DNA from: the human T2T-CHM13v2.0 reference genome, Homo sapiens | Reading direction: 5' to 3' (one strand) | NCBI RefSeq assembly: GCF_009914755.1 | Contig: NC_060933.1 | Length of the DNA stretch: 64,000 nt | Shown: positions 16,329-32,172 of the stretch, piece by piece | Layout of the letters: each line of letters opens with the position of its first letter | Numbering within the stretch: position 1 is the stretch's first letter | Made by a program: the position numbers and the translations under genes | The notes under the pieces: generated by a model | Seen by the model: only the letters and a program-made list of their open reading frames with translations | What the model was told of the DNA's origin: nothing | Databases searched by the model: none

Positions 16329-17742
16329 GTGATGTGTGGCTGAGCGGAGAGGGCTGCAAAGGGGGTCTCAGATAGGGGTCTGACCCTGGAAGTCTTCTCT
16401 TGGCCCTTTCTGGGGGACTGGAATCAAGAAAAGGCCAAGAGCCTCTCAGTGCTTTTTAACATAGGTGCCCCTTGATCAGCTTAGAATAAGAAATGAGGTC
16501 ACATTCCTTTTAATGTTCAAACCACATGACTTATGATAAGGGCGTCATGAGCCCTGATCATGCCTCACTTTCTTCTCTCACCGAGGGGGATCTCCCTCCT
16601 GGAAAAATCTCACACACTCCCTCCCTGGGGACTTCCTTGGTCCTGGGGCGGGCAGTGTCATTACTCTCATCACCAGGAGAGAAAATCAGGAATTCTCGTT
16701 CTCGGCTGCTACTGCCGCCTTGGTCACTAGGTGTCACCAGAGGTCCTGCAGCCCACCAAAAGGAAGGCGGCCACACCAGTTGGCAGGTCTGGGGACAAAC
16801 CTGGAGGCTGCGGTGGAGGGAGAAGTTGGCTTCCTGAGGGGGTGAAACTGACACTCACAACCGTACTAGATGCACCAGATCAAGTGTCGTGGTGTGGGGG
16901 AACGTGGGCGATAGGGTTCTGGGACATTTGCCGTGTGACTGTGACCCGTGTGACCCGTTTTGGTCGTCTAAGGGAATAGTTTCTGCCTACATCCTGCTGA
17001 AAGAAGTGGCTTTTGGAATGCCTGCCCTCTTTCTCAATGGACCCCAGCAGGCAGCCCCCTTATGAAAGGGAATTGTTTGATGTCAGTGCTCATCCCAGAG
17101 CCTGAGTGCTTAATATTCCCCGTGGTCACCCACTTTTGAGGGAAAGTGGCTTCAAAGCAGGAGTGGTGACAGACCTGGCTCCTGGTCCCCACACTGCTGA
17201 CCACTTCTGGTGTGACTCAACCTTCCATTCCCACCCCCAACTCCCGCCCAGCACCTGTACCAGAGAGAAAATAAGACCTGCTACACATTTTGGTAACTTT
17301 TTGCTCTTGACAGTAAAATAAGATTTTACTTTCCTGACAGCTCAGAGTATAGTAGGGGCTTAAATACTTGCTAGCTGACTGAATACTAGTTAGAGGGTTA
17401 TTAATGTAGGTAGGGGAGAACTGCACTTTCTTTCCAAGTGAGATTCAATAATACGTATCTTGCCCCCAACTTCCTGGAGTCGGAAAGAGTATGGTTTCAT
17501 TATAGCCTGGCCTCCAATCAGCTGTGTAATTGGGTATGTCACTTAATCCTTCTGAGCCTCAGTCTCCTCATATACAAAATTAGGGCGAAATCTAACTTTC
17601 AGATGGGGTGATGGTTAGTTTTATGTGTCAAATTGGCTGGATGATGGGGTTTCCAGATATTTGGTCAAACATTATTCTGATGTTTCTGTGAGGTAAGAGC
17701 ATTTCTGGATGAGATTAAGGTTTAAATTAGTTAATATATATA

Positions 17743-18024
<282 letters not shown>

Positions 18025-18029
18025 ATGGA

Positions 18030-18344
<315 letters not shown>

Positions 18345-18662
18345 TAAGTAAAGTAGGCTCCCTCCATAATGTGGGTAGGTCTCATCCAATCAGTGGAAGG
18401 CCAAAATAGAACAAAAGAAACTTTCTCCTACTTCTCTAGCAGATGGCTTCAGACTACATCTGCAACATCACCTCTTCCTGGTTCTACAGCAGATGGCCTT
18501 CAGGCTCAAACTGGAATATCAGTGACTGGCTGGGTCTCCAGTCTACTGGCCTTGACTGGAACTGCAGCATAGACTCTTCTGGGTCTCTAGGCTGCCAGCC
18601 CACTCCACAGATTTTGGACTTGCCCATTCTCCATAATTGTGTGAGCCAATTCCTTCTAATGA

Positions 18663-19116
<454 letters not shown>

Positions 19117-19719
19117 TAATGCCGATGGCTATGGGGATTAACTAAAATTACAGTGTAAAAGCATCTGGTACAGTATCCAACCAGTACCAAAGTATCTAGT
19201 AGATGCCCAATAAGAGCTACTTTGCAACCCAGCTTCCCAGTTTTCTTGGTCAATTATTAAATAGATTCCTCAGGACAGGAAGAATACTTCCCCTAGACCT
19301 GGAAATCCGTCGGCTAGTCTGCCAATGTTTGTCACTTTCAGTGGACCGCCGGGCTCTGTCCCATTTTGTGATGCAAACATTTCCCAGGGTGCCTCTCTCC
19401 CTCACCTGGCTCTAGTCTCCTAGGTCTCAGAACAAGAAGGCATGTGCCTTTCTTTGTTCCCTGTTCACTAATTGCTTCTGGGTGGGTAAGAGTGGGAAGA
19501 AGAAGATAATTCCCTCCTCCTCCTCCTTATCAATAGTCTCCATTAAGCCACACATAGATGTGGTATCTGAAAGGTGAGAGGGTGGGTTCATTATGCTTCT
19601 TCAGACACATAAGACCTCTTTTCAACTGAGTGCTTCTTACCAATTGATGGCAATCAGTAGAATTATTTTTAGCATATCTGAAACCTTTCTTTCTCCTAGT
19701 ACACTTTTTTTTTTTTTTT

Positions 19720-20128
19720 AACAGAAATGCATTGTCTTGAAGTTCTGGAGGACAGAAGTTCAAGATCAAGGTGTCAGCAGGCTTGGTTCCTTCTGAGGGC
19801 TGTGAGGAAGAATCTGTTCTATGCCTCCTTCCTGACAGCAGGTGGTTTCCTGGCAATCATTGGTGTTCCTTGGGCCATAGAAACATTACCCTGATCTCTG
19901 CCTTTATTTTCATATGGTGTTCTTCTTGGGTGCGTATCTGTATCCAAATTTCCCCCTTTTGAAAGGACACCAGTCATATTGGATTAGGGGTTCATCCTAT
20001 TGTGGTATGACCACAGGTTAACTAATTACATCTGTAATGATCCTATTTCCAAATAAAGTCACATTCTGAAGTACAGGGGGTTAGGACGTAGCATATAAGT
20101 TGTAAGGAACCCAATGCAACCCCTAACA
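19720..20128 (-). mobile_element. MLT1B/C-like LTR
   Basis: gttctggagg.cagaagttcaagatcaaggtgtcagcag, aaggacaccagtcatattggattaggg, tatttccaaataaagtcacattctga. Confidence 0.85.
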
Positions 20129-20526
20129 GGTGCTATTTTAGAATTCTCTTCAAGTGGTTAGTTCTTGAATCTTTCTGACATAATCCTAGTTATCTTCAGT
20201 AGCTTTATTGTTATTAGGTAAAACAATGGGTTCCAGGCTCATCTTGCACATTTCTGTTCCAGGCTCTTCTTGCCCAGACCTGGACTCAGCCATTCCTCCA
20301 AGAAGCCCTGTTTGTGTTTATTTTTATAGTTTGGTGAGAAATTTTATTTCAAGACCATAATCTGGGCTCTAGGGTTGCTCACTGCTACCAGGTTGGCTCT
20401 TGTTTCTAGCTCTTTTCAGTGGACAGGTTTGAAAGTCATGTGAGGGGCTAAGAGTTTCTCTCTGTAAATGGTTCTTAATACACAAAGTTCGTTAGCCCTT
20501 GCTGACCTTAAAAATTTCCCAGAATT

Positions 20527-20837
20527 GGCGGGGCATGATGGCTGATGCCTGTAATCCCAGCACTTTGGGAGGCTGAGATGAGTGGATCACCTGAGGTCAG
20601 GAGGTCGAGACCAGGCTGGCCAATATGGCGAAACTCCCTCTCTACTAAAAATCCCAAAAATTAGCCGGGTATGGTGGTGGGTGCCTGTAATCCCAGCTAT
20701 TTAGGAGGCTGAGGCAGGAGGATCACTTGAATCTGGGAGGGGGAGGTTGCAGTGAGCTGAGATTGCACCACTGTACTCCAGCCTGAGTGACAGAGCGAGA
20801 CCCTGTCTAAAAAGTAAAAAATAAAAAATAAAAAATA
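20527..20837 (+). mobile_element. Alu (AluS-like)
   Basis: Dimeric Alu; TSD TTTCCCAGAATT. Confidence 0.94.
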
Positions 20838-21339
20838 GTTTCCCAGAATTGTTCTCCACAGGAAAGGGTGTCAGCTTTGCTGTCTGAGCCAAACTCTGGT
20901 TGAGTTGACAATGTTCTACTGACCTAAATCCTCCCATTGAAGCTTTCGTTACAAATAGCACAATTTCTTCACCTCTGCTCCCCGTGGCCACATGGCTGCC
21001 ACACAGGGCTCAAGTAGAGGCTGTCTCCCATTTTCAGGGGGTGAAGTTGTCCCTGGTGACAGCTCGAATGCCCCCGAGTCTGTTTATCACCTGTTCATGT
21101 ACCCCTGGCCCACTGTGTGCTGCCTACTCTGGCCCTGCCACGCTGTTCCCCCTCCCCTTCAGTGCTCCCCCAGCTCCTCTCCAGTTCCCACAGCCTGCAA
21201 GAGCCACAGTCCATCTCAGTCTTCTTGGATTACTTAGGCCTTCATGTGTCTCAGTTCCCAAATCTGTGAAATGGAAGGAATCATACCCACCTCATCAAGC
21301 TGGAAACTTAAATGAGTAACTACCTAGTATAAGGCTTAG

Positions 21340-21705
<366 letters not shown>

Positions 21706-22224
21706 TGAGTTTTTATTTTTACTCTAGCCCAATAGTGCTCCATTCTAGCTGCATATTAGAAATACCTGGGGAGGTTTTCAAAGAAAATAGTGATGCTTAG
21801 TCCCTACCCTAGGAGATTCTGACTGAATTGGCTGGGCACTTCTTCCTTCATTCCTAAGTGACAGTGGTGCAAGGCGGTCGTGAGCGTGAGCACTCCCCTC
21901 AATGTTTGGGAGTGGTGAAGGGTGGTTAGGGTTTACCCCAGAATATTAGACATCTCTTTTCCCCACTACGGGAATTCCTCACAGTCCATCTTTCCCCTTA
22001 GGTGAGACCCTTCTCCGCGCTTTCCTTTGTTCTTGTTCCAAGTTCTGTTGGCCACTCTCAGTTGGCAGACAAATTACTATCACGTTCTCATTCAGAGATA
22101 GTTTATTTGCTTGCAATGTTTTCCTTCCCCACCATTTCCAGGGCATCTCCACCTTTCATACAGAAAATGGCCCATCGAAGTATTTTCCTAAACTAAAGAG
22201 AAGTCTTCTTCTTGTCTCTGATGA

Positions 22225-22527
<303 letters not shown>

Positions 22528-22612
22528 TCTGAAGATGTTTTATGACAATAACCACAGTCCTTTTTTTGTATGCTTTTAATTTTAGAAATTAACGTAATTT
22601 ATATAGGTGCAG

Positions 22613-23111
22613 ACAATTCACAATTACAAAGATATCAAACCGACCTAAGTGCCCATCAACTGAGGAGTGGATAAAGAAAATGTGGTATATATACACCATG
22701 GAATACTACTCAGCCATTAAAAGAACAATATAATGTCTTTTGCAGCAACTTGAATGGAGCTGGAAGCCATTACTCTAAGTGAAATAACTCAGGAATGGAA
22801 AAACCAAATACCATATGTTCTCACTTACAAGGGGGAGCTAAGCTATGTGGACACAAGGGCAAACAGAGTGTTATATTGGACACTGGAGACTCAGGGGAAG
22901 GAACCGGGAGAGGGCTGTGGGTTAAAAAGTACATACTGGGTACAACGTACACTACTCGGGTGAGGAGTGCTGAAGTCTCAGGTTTCAGTGCACCAGTCAC
23001 TTGAGGAGTGTACGTTGTACCCAACATGTAGATGAATTTTACACAATTCATCATGTAACAAAAAAACATTAGTACCCTGGTATTCCTAAAGTATAGAAAA
23101 AAAGGATAAAA

Positions 23112-23154
<43 letters not shown>

Positions 23155-23155
23155 A
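22613..23155 (+). mobile_element. 5'-truncated L1 3' end (L1PB-like) with (TAAA)n tail and internal fold-back
   Basis: ORF2 end/3'UTR motifs (tggataaagaaaatgtggtatatatacaccatggaatactactcagcc); (TAAA)n at 23108-23155; TSD-like GGTGCAGA. Confidence 0.88.
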
Positions 23156-23159
23156 TGGG

Positions 23160-24420
23160 TGCAGAGTTATAAACCATATGAATGTACCTTAATTTTAAAA
23201 TTTCCTTTTGCTGAACATTTAACATTTCTAATTTTTTGATATTATAATTACTGTAATAATGAACACCTCTATGTACACATTTGTACTCACATATCTGATT
23301 TTTTTCCAGTGTGTTGAATCATGGAAGTTAACTTTCTGGATTAAAGATTATGTGTATTGTTACGGCTTTTGAAATATATTGTTGCCAAATTGCCCTCCAG
23401 AAAAGTTGTACTGATTTACAGTTTTATCCTCTGTCATGGTATATCTTTCTTTGTGTATTTTTTCAACATTTTGCACATTTTTACAAATTGTAAAATATAT
23501 CACACATACAAAAGTTTATGTGACATATACATACATTTTAAAAGACTAAACAAAAATAAAAAACCACTATGTTCTCATATCTCAGCTGTAATGAACTAAA
23601 ACATTACCAATATCTTTGAACCTGTCCAAGGGGTGACTGCCTCCTTCTGGTTTGTCCAGAACTGTCCTGGTTTTAGCACTGAACGTCGCAGGTCCTAGTT
23701 AACCATTTAGTCTCAGCCTGGACAGCTGATCACCGTACCCCTATGTGTTTCTCTCCAAATCTACCTCCTCCCTCCTCCAAGGGTATCCTGTATGGACTTC
23801 TAAATAATGTACTCTGAGGTTTTTACTACATAAATGGAATCACATGATATGTTCCTTTTGTGAGTTGCTTCCAGCCAGCATTGTTTTTGAGCTTCATCCT
23901 ATTGATATCTATAGCCGCAGTTCATATAGTTTTTCTGCTGACTGCCATCCATTTGATGAATACATCACCGTTTCTCCATCTTCTGTCAATAAACATTGCA
24001 GCTTTTGTTGCTGTGAGCTGCACAGCTCTGAACAGTCTTATCTGTCTCCTGGAGCAAAGGTCCAAGAGTTTCTCTAGGTTATTTTCCTAAGTGTTAAATT
24101 GCTAGAGGACTTACATAACCTCATCAGAAGTGCCAAATTGTTTTCTAAAGAAGTTGTGCCTATTTCCATCCACTAGCAATGCATGAAAATAGCTGTTTTC
24201 CACACCCTCATGAAGCAGTGTCTGACTTTGAAACTTTAGCCATTGTGGTTTCTATGAAATGGTATTTCATTGTGGGTTTAATTTACATCTTACTGATTAC
24301 CAGTGAGATTGAACCTCTTTTCAGAGGTCGATTGGCAATTTCTGTTCCCTCTTCTGTGAAAGGCCTGCCTGCATTGTTTGCTCATTTTTCTATTGGGCCA
24401 GTTGTCTTTTTCTTACAGAT
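23160..24420 (-). mobile_element. Old L1M fragments, with a MER81-like hAT MITE at ~23629-23737
   Basis: Reverse L1 ORF2/3'UTR motifs (gccaaattg.cctccagaaaagttgtac, tggtatttcattgtggg, ttgctcatttttctattggg); GGGTGAC...CACC.TA ends for the MITE. Confidence 0.65.
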
Positions 24421-24649
24421 TTGTGGGCCCACTATTTTTTGTTTTTATCAAGGTAAAATCAGGTTAAATTGGCTTTCAGAATCAGTCTGAAGGGATGAAA
24501 ATCCAAAGGACTACACCTATTTAAGGGATGGACATATCAAAAGACAGAATGAAAATGCTTGTTACACAGTCCCTTCAGTCTTCTTTATCTGCAGATGGCT
24601 AATATTTTATGCTTTAAGAAATAAAACCAACTAACATTATCTTCTGCTC

Positions 24650-24813
24650 CAGTGGTTCTCAGCAGCATCCACATCATCTGTAGACTCATTAAAATGAAAA
24701 TTACTTGGCCCCACCAACAGCCTACTGAATTGGGAACTCTGAAAAGAAGACCCTGCAATCTGCTTCAACATCCCTGCAGTGATTTGGATGCATGCCAAGT
24801 TTGGGAGCCACTG
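24650..24813. mobile_element. MER5A
   Basis: CAGTGGTTCTC ... AAGTTTGGGAGCCACTG ends. Confidence 0.75.
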
Positions 24814-25454
24814 TTCTACATTGTCTCCTTGTCCCACCTGGTGGATGGAGAACTGACCATGACCTACCATTCTACAGGTCATCATCATCCTTCCACCTAC
24901 AAATAGACATTAGAAAGTGTTTTTTAAGAAAAGGACAGATATTTGGGGCCCCAAGAATGGGATTTTTGGTGGCCCAGCTCAGATTGCAGGGTATTCAGTT
25001 TATGGACTACTTATCCTGTCAACACTCTAATGTCAAAACTTGGACCTAACCAGACCATTCTCTCTGCCCGAAGGAGGCATTAAAAAGAAAAAGGCAAAAA
25101 GATGGGACGTCCTGCCTGCGTGGGGAGATGTTTTCAGGGATGATGTCCATGTTGTTTTCTTCGGGTCTGTGGGTTGAGATAATTTCTCTGCTTTTGGTCC
25201 AGGAGAGCGTTCCTTGTCCTCTCCCACTCTGGCGAGGCTGGGGAAGCTTCCTCTGAGGCTGTTCCCCAGTCAGGCACCACTGAGCCGGTGCCAGTAATGA
25301 GCAGTGACCAGAAGTCTGCTATTTGCTCCAGGGCCTGTGTCTTCAGCACTTAGGTTGCCCTTCTCTGGATTCCTTCTCTTTGAAACCACCCAGGATAGCT
25401 GCATCTCAGGTGACTCTCATGGCTCACTGAGGGGCAGAGTCAGCCACAATCTTT

Positions 25455-25963
<509 letters not shown>

Positions 25964-27502
25964 TGATTGTGCCTGGTTAGCATCACTTCTAATACAGCTA
26001 CATGAGTCTGTCTGGCTGCCAAGCTGAGAAACTCCTTGGATTTCCAGGAAAGTGACTTCAAGCATGCTGGCTGATGAGGAGGTCTTCCTCATCTGTGCAC
26101 ATGGAGGTGGGGTGGAGGGATTGAGTGGTGCTTATGGAGATGTGAAAGTCAGGAACTGCTTTGACACCTATTCTCAGCACTTTCTGGAGTCTCTTTTGAA
26201 ACTTAAAATGACCCCTTTCTCTTAACTGTTTCCTGCACACACAGCAGCTCTCAACCTCAGCAGCCTTTCGTGTACCTCCCCCATGTCTCCAACTAGTTGG
26301 ACCAGGAATTTACCCTGACCCAAGTTAGGCCTCTCGGCAACCCTGCCCCAGGAGTCTGGACTGAGGCAGCTGGCCTGGGTCAGCGTGGCAGCCTGCGTCA
26401 GTGGCCGTGTTTCTTGTCCTGTGGACTGGAGCAGTGGAGGGTATGTGGGATCTGTAGAGTGAGAAAAAACGAACAGCTGTCGGAGGAGCAGGGAGTCTTG
26501 ACAACTTTCCAGTTCCTTCCTGAAGTCCAGCTCTATAATTATATTTTGGGTCCTGTGTGGAGAGATACTCCTGCACCATTTTAATACATTTCTGAAGATG
26601 CTAGATCAAACTGTATTCTGTTACTTAAAACCAAAAGAGGCCTAATGCACACAGGAGTAATCTCTAAGAAAAACTGTTGGGTAGAGTTAGATCTTATGAA
26701 GCGCTGGAACTGCACAGCGGCTTCCCCAGCACACCCCCTTTCTCCCCTGGAGGCTGCATCCACTGTGCTGAGTGGCCACGCCGTTTAATGCTGTGCCCAT
26801 CAGCAGAGGGACCCAGCTACCACTCGATTTAGTAATGCATTTCCTTTCCTTACCACAGTAGCCCAACACATTTGAGGAAAAAGAATCATGAAAATTTTGT
26901 CTTTTCCACTCCCCCGAACCCCCGCCTTTGAAATCACCACCACAGCTGCTAACAGAAGCGTCTTTATGTAGAATGTGTTTTGCCCTTTTGGAGAAGACAA
27001 AGAATTATTAAAAGAGCAGACAGCTGCTTGTACTGGCAAGAGAATGAGAAGAGCTTGTCAGCACTCACTCTTCTACCCTTCCTCAGCTGAATCACCACCG
27101 TCTTCCTCTTTACCTCATTTTGCTCTCTCTTTGCCTGGTCCAGGAGCATAGAGGCCATCACCCTACCCTTTTGCCTCCAACTCTGGGAAAACAGAACAGT
27201 CTAATCTCTCTTTCTCTGGTTAAACCTGCATAAGTCTCAACTCTAATACTTTAAGCAAGTCTGACAGTTGATAAACTTCACCTTGACTCATAATCATCCT
27301 GTCAATCTCTCTCTTTAACAAACATACAGATCACTCAATGTTCCAAGATTCATGTAAAAAGAAGTCTTTTGTTTTAATCACTGAGAACTTCCGGAGAAAA
27401 GAAGAAAGGTGAGTATGAAAGTTTCTGGTTATTTTCCTGTATCTCTGGGAAAATCCATGGCAGCTTTGTATGCTGAATTTGCTAGTTACTAAATTGTGTG
27501 AT

Positions 27503-27659
27503 TTTTTTTTTTGAGACAGGGTCTTGCTTTGTCACCCAGGCTGGAGTGCAATGGTACGATCGTGGCTCACGGCAGCCTCAACATCTCAAGCTTAAGTGAT
27601 CCTCCTGCCTCAGCCTCCCAAAGTGCTGGGATTATAGGCATGAGCCACCACACCCAGCC
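27503..27659 (-). mobile_element. Monomer-length Alu (right-arm/left-arm fusion) inside a MIR; MER5A follows at ~27783-27955
   Basis: Right-arm start fused to left-arm end; MIR core gtgatcttgggcaagttatttaa flanks it. Confidence 0.75.
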
Positions 27660-28452
27660 TGAAGTATGTGATCTTGGGCAAGTTATTTAATGTTTTTTAA
27701 GATTCCCTTTCTTCACTTGCAAACTGGGATAAAGATAATGTCTATCTCATGGGAATGTTGTGAAGATTAAATGAGATAGGACAATGGGTCTCAAACTTGG
27801 CTGTACATTAGAATCACCATAGGAGTCTCGAAAGTCCAACTGCCAGGGAGCACCCAGACCAGTTAAAGCAAAATTTCTGGGTGTGGGAGCCAGCCATTAA
27901 TATTTTTGAAATCTCTGTAGATAGTTCCAATGTTCAGCTATATATGAGAGACAGTGAGATGATACTAATAATAAGCACTCAATGAGTAATTGCAGCTTTT
28001 ATTAATATAATTAAAAATTGAGTGAGAGTTTCCCAAATTTAATAGACTGCTGAAATTGAGGGCTTACAGGGACCCAGATTCATTTTTTCTTAAATTCATC
28101 TATCCAACAATGACTGAGCATTTACTATGTGCTAGGATCTGTGCCAGACTCCCCCTCTCCAGTTGATAGTAAAAATATCATATTGCCTTCAAGATGAAAC
28201 TCAGGTTCTTTAGGATGACCTGTCCTCCCCATCCCTTCACACCCTATTGGCTGTCAGTGCTATGGCCCACATGCTGGTAAGTTCCAGCCGCTCTAAACTA
28301 CAGGGTCATTTCAGGCCCTCCTGTCCCTGTGCCTGTCCTCATGCTCTTCCCTGTGTGTAAGATGTCCTTCCAACACATCTCCCCTGCCTTTCCACCTGGC
28401 CTCTCTCATAGGATAGAATTCCTGATATGGAACCTGAAGAAAAGATGGGTGC

Positions 28453-28824
28453 CACTATGATTTGAATGTATCCCCCAAGTTTCATGTGTTGGAAACTTAA
28501 TTTCCAAAGTCATATGTCAATGGCATTTGGAGATGGGGCGTTTGGGGGGTAATTAGGGTTAGAGAAGGTCATCAGGGTGGGACTCCCATGATGGGACTGT
28601 TGGCTTTATAAGAAGATGAAGAGAGACCTGAGCTGGCACCTTCTTGCCCTCTCGCCATGTGATGGCCTCTGCCACATTATAATGCAGTAAGAAGACCTTC
28701 ACCAGATGCAGCCCCTTGACCTTGGACTTCCCAGCCTCCAGAACTGTAAGAAATACATTTCTTTTCTTTATAAATTACCCAGTCTGTGGTATTTTGTTCT
28801 AGCAACAGAAAATGAACTAAGACA
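28453..28824 (+). mobile_element. MST (ERVL-MaLR; MSTC/D-like) solo LTR
   Basis: ctatgatttgaatg...ttggacttcccagcctccagaactgtaag...aactaagaca; TSD GGTGC/GATGC. Confidence 0.85.
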
Positions 28825-29899
28825 GATGCCCAGCACTGCCTGGCAGTCTCCACCCATCCTCTCAGATGAATGAGCTGGCCACTGTCCTATCAGTCTCAAG
28901 ATTCTTTGAGCATCCTGCAGTGGGTGCATGATTAGTTCTCAGGGTCTTCTTTCTGTAGAAGGGCTGGGCAACTCTCTCTTTCTGTTTTCTGTCAGGCCTC
29001 ACTCTGGTGGAAGACTGCTCATGCTCAGGCAGGCTTCCTTTCCTTTATCTTGCTTACCAGGCTCTAGTGTTCCAGGATCCTGTGGAGCTATTCCCCAGGG
29101 CCCCTCAAAGGGAGAGAACCCTTCCTCTTGAACCATTCACAGGAGCAGGGCAGCTCAGAGCCATTACTTGGAACAGCCGGAGAAGCTGGAGGCTGGATCT
29201 CCTGTGGCCACCACATGAAATCCCATGAGGTTGGCAGCCTTGGGGGAATAACATGACTTTATGACCATGGATAATCCCTGAAGACTGTTCTGCTATCTCC
29301 AGAGGAGAAAGACCTCCAACAGCTCTGCACTGCAGCCACCTAATGGGTGAGGGGCTGTGATGGCTGCCACAGCTGTGGCAAATTCTGCTGAAGTAAAGAC
29401 TTCCATTAGGAATCTTCTCACCCCTTCCTGGCTTTGAGCTGACCTCCAGAGTGGCCCTGCTGAGAAAGTTCTAGTCCTTTCTCTCCATCTCCAGCTCTGT
29501 CAGGAGGTGCCCCCAGTGTATAGATTTGCATGTCCTCTTACTGAACCTTCAGAGCTCTTTCTGTAGGGGCTGGCTAGGAAGATCTTACTCAATGTTCCCA
29601 GTACACACCCACAATTCCACCCACCCGTAATTCTGGCACTTCCAACCCCAGGCCTGTGCCACTGGGTGAAGTCATCAACTTTTCAGGCAGGCACAGGGTG
29701 ATGCCTTCCTTCTGGCTTGGTGAGGGCATCCATCCTTCAAGATTCATATTCTATCATTGGCATTGGGGAAGGGGAAAGGAACTACTATTTGAATTGTTAC
29801 ATGTTATCTCACTTAAACTTTTGAAAAAAAATGTAGTGGATAATTAGCCCCGTCTTTCAAAAAAGGAAAGAGATGCTTCCCAAGATGACATGGTTGGAA

Positions 29900-30330
29900 G
29901 ACCAGTTAGATCTTGCTGTGTTGCAAACAGTCCCCAAATTAGTGGCTTAAAACAACAACCAGTTATTTAGCTCACAGTTTTAGAGATTGTCTGGCTGTCA
30001 GCTGGATTGTTAGGAGTAGGGCACAACTGGCCACATGATTGCTCTCATGCTCCTACAGGCTAGCCTGGGCTTGTTCACATGGCAGATTGGTAGGATTCCA
30101 AGAGGAAGAGTGGACAGGTGCAAGGCCTCCTGATGCCTAGGCTTGGAACTGGCACTGCACCACGTCTACCATAATCTGTTGGCCAAAGCAAGTCATGAGG
30201 CCTGCCCAGATGCAAGGGTAGGTGAAATAGACTCCACCACTAGATGGAAAGACCTGCAAAGTCATATTGCAAAGGGGAGCACGGAGAGATAGGGGTGAGA
30301 ATTGGGTCTACTTTTGCAATCAACCACAGT
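29900..30330 (-). mobile_element. Old MLT1 LTR (MLT1J/K-like)
   Basis: agtggcttaaaacaac, ttggccaaagcaagtcat, gcaaagtcatattgcaaaggg motifs. Confidence 0.65.
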
Positions 30331-30801
30331 TGTTAAGTGGCAGAAGTAGGATTTTATTTTTCAATGATGAAAATAGCATATACACATGAGAAAAATTCAA
30401 ATGGTACACAAAAGGGAAAATGAGGATGAGAAAGTCTCATTTTTACTCTTGGGATAGGAAAACACATTCTAAGTCCTACTCTCCACATGTAAACACCATT
30501 AAGGGTTTTGTGTGTATTTTGATACAATTATTTTGTACATATACATAAATGGGGGTCCAATATATCCACGATGCTATAGCTCACTATTTTCACTTAACAA
30601 TATAGCTAAGAGCTCTTTCCATAGCAGCACAAACAGAATTACTCCATTCCTTTAAATATCTATATAGCAGTCGACTGAATAAAGGTACCATGTTTTATGC
30701 AACTACTTTCCCTACTGGTGGACACATAGGTTGTTTCCAGTTTTTGTTGTGACAAACAATGCCAGAGTGAACGACCTCTAATGTTCTCTGTATACTTGTA
30801 G

Positions 30802-31360
<559 letters not shown>

Positions 31361-31884
31361 CTGGAAGCTACGTTAGAAAATTCAACATAGCCATGGACCA
31401 CTGTGCCTATATGCACACATGTGACACATGCGTATGATCTCTCCAGACCTCTTCCTTCTTGGGCAGGTTTGGGAGTCTAGAGCCATGCATTATTAAACCC
31501 TTCCAAGAAGATCCAGATTAGTTGTCTTTTCTACTTCTTGCTTTATGAATATTTTTTTGAGATACGTACTACTTTATTACGGGCCAATGAGAAAAGAATC
31601 CTAGTAACAAATATTAACATACAGACGATGGGTTGCATCCAAGTGAAGCCCTAATGTATAAATGAGCAAGGATTTCATAAGCTGTGCAAATAGAGATAAG
31701 CATAGGAGAATTAAATGAATCATCACACAGCAAATAATAGTATAGGCCTATTGTCACATTGAGGAATTCTATTACATGAATTCCATCTTTGTACACAGCA
31801 ACTTTAACAGTTCATGAACATTAAGTACAGTAGCAAATATGCAGTGAAGAAATTTCTTACAACTGTATTATTATTATTTTTTTT

Positions 31885-32172
31885 GTCCAGGCATGGTAGC
31901 TCATGCCTGTAATCCCAGCATTTTGGGAGGCCTAGGCGGAAGGATTCCTTGAGCCCAGGAGTTTCAGACCAGCCTGGGCGACATAGGGAGACCCCATCTC
32001 TATAAAAAAAGAATTAGCCAGGCTTGGTCGTGCATGCCTGTGGTTCCAGCTACTTGGTGGGCTGAGGTGGGAGAATCGGTTGAGTCTGAGACGTCAGCTG
32101 CGATGAGCCATGATCATGCCACTGCACTCCAGCCTAGGTGACAGACCCTGTCTCAGAAACAACAACAAAAAC
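31885..32172 (+). mobile_element. Alu (AluJ-like)
   Basis: Dimeric Alu with a (CAA)n-type tail. Confidence 0.9.
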
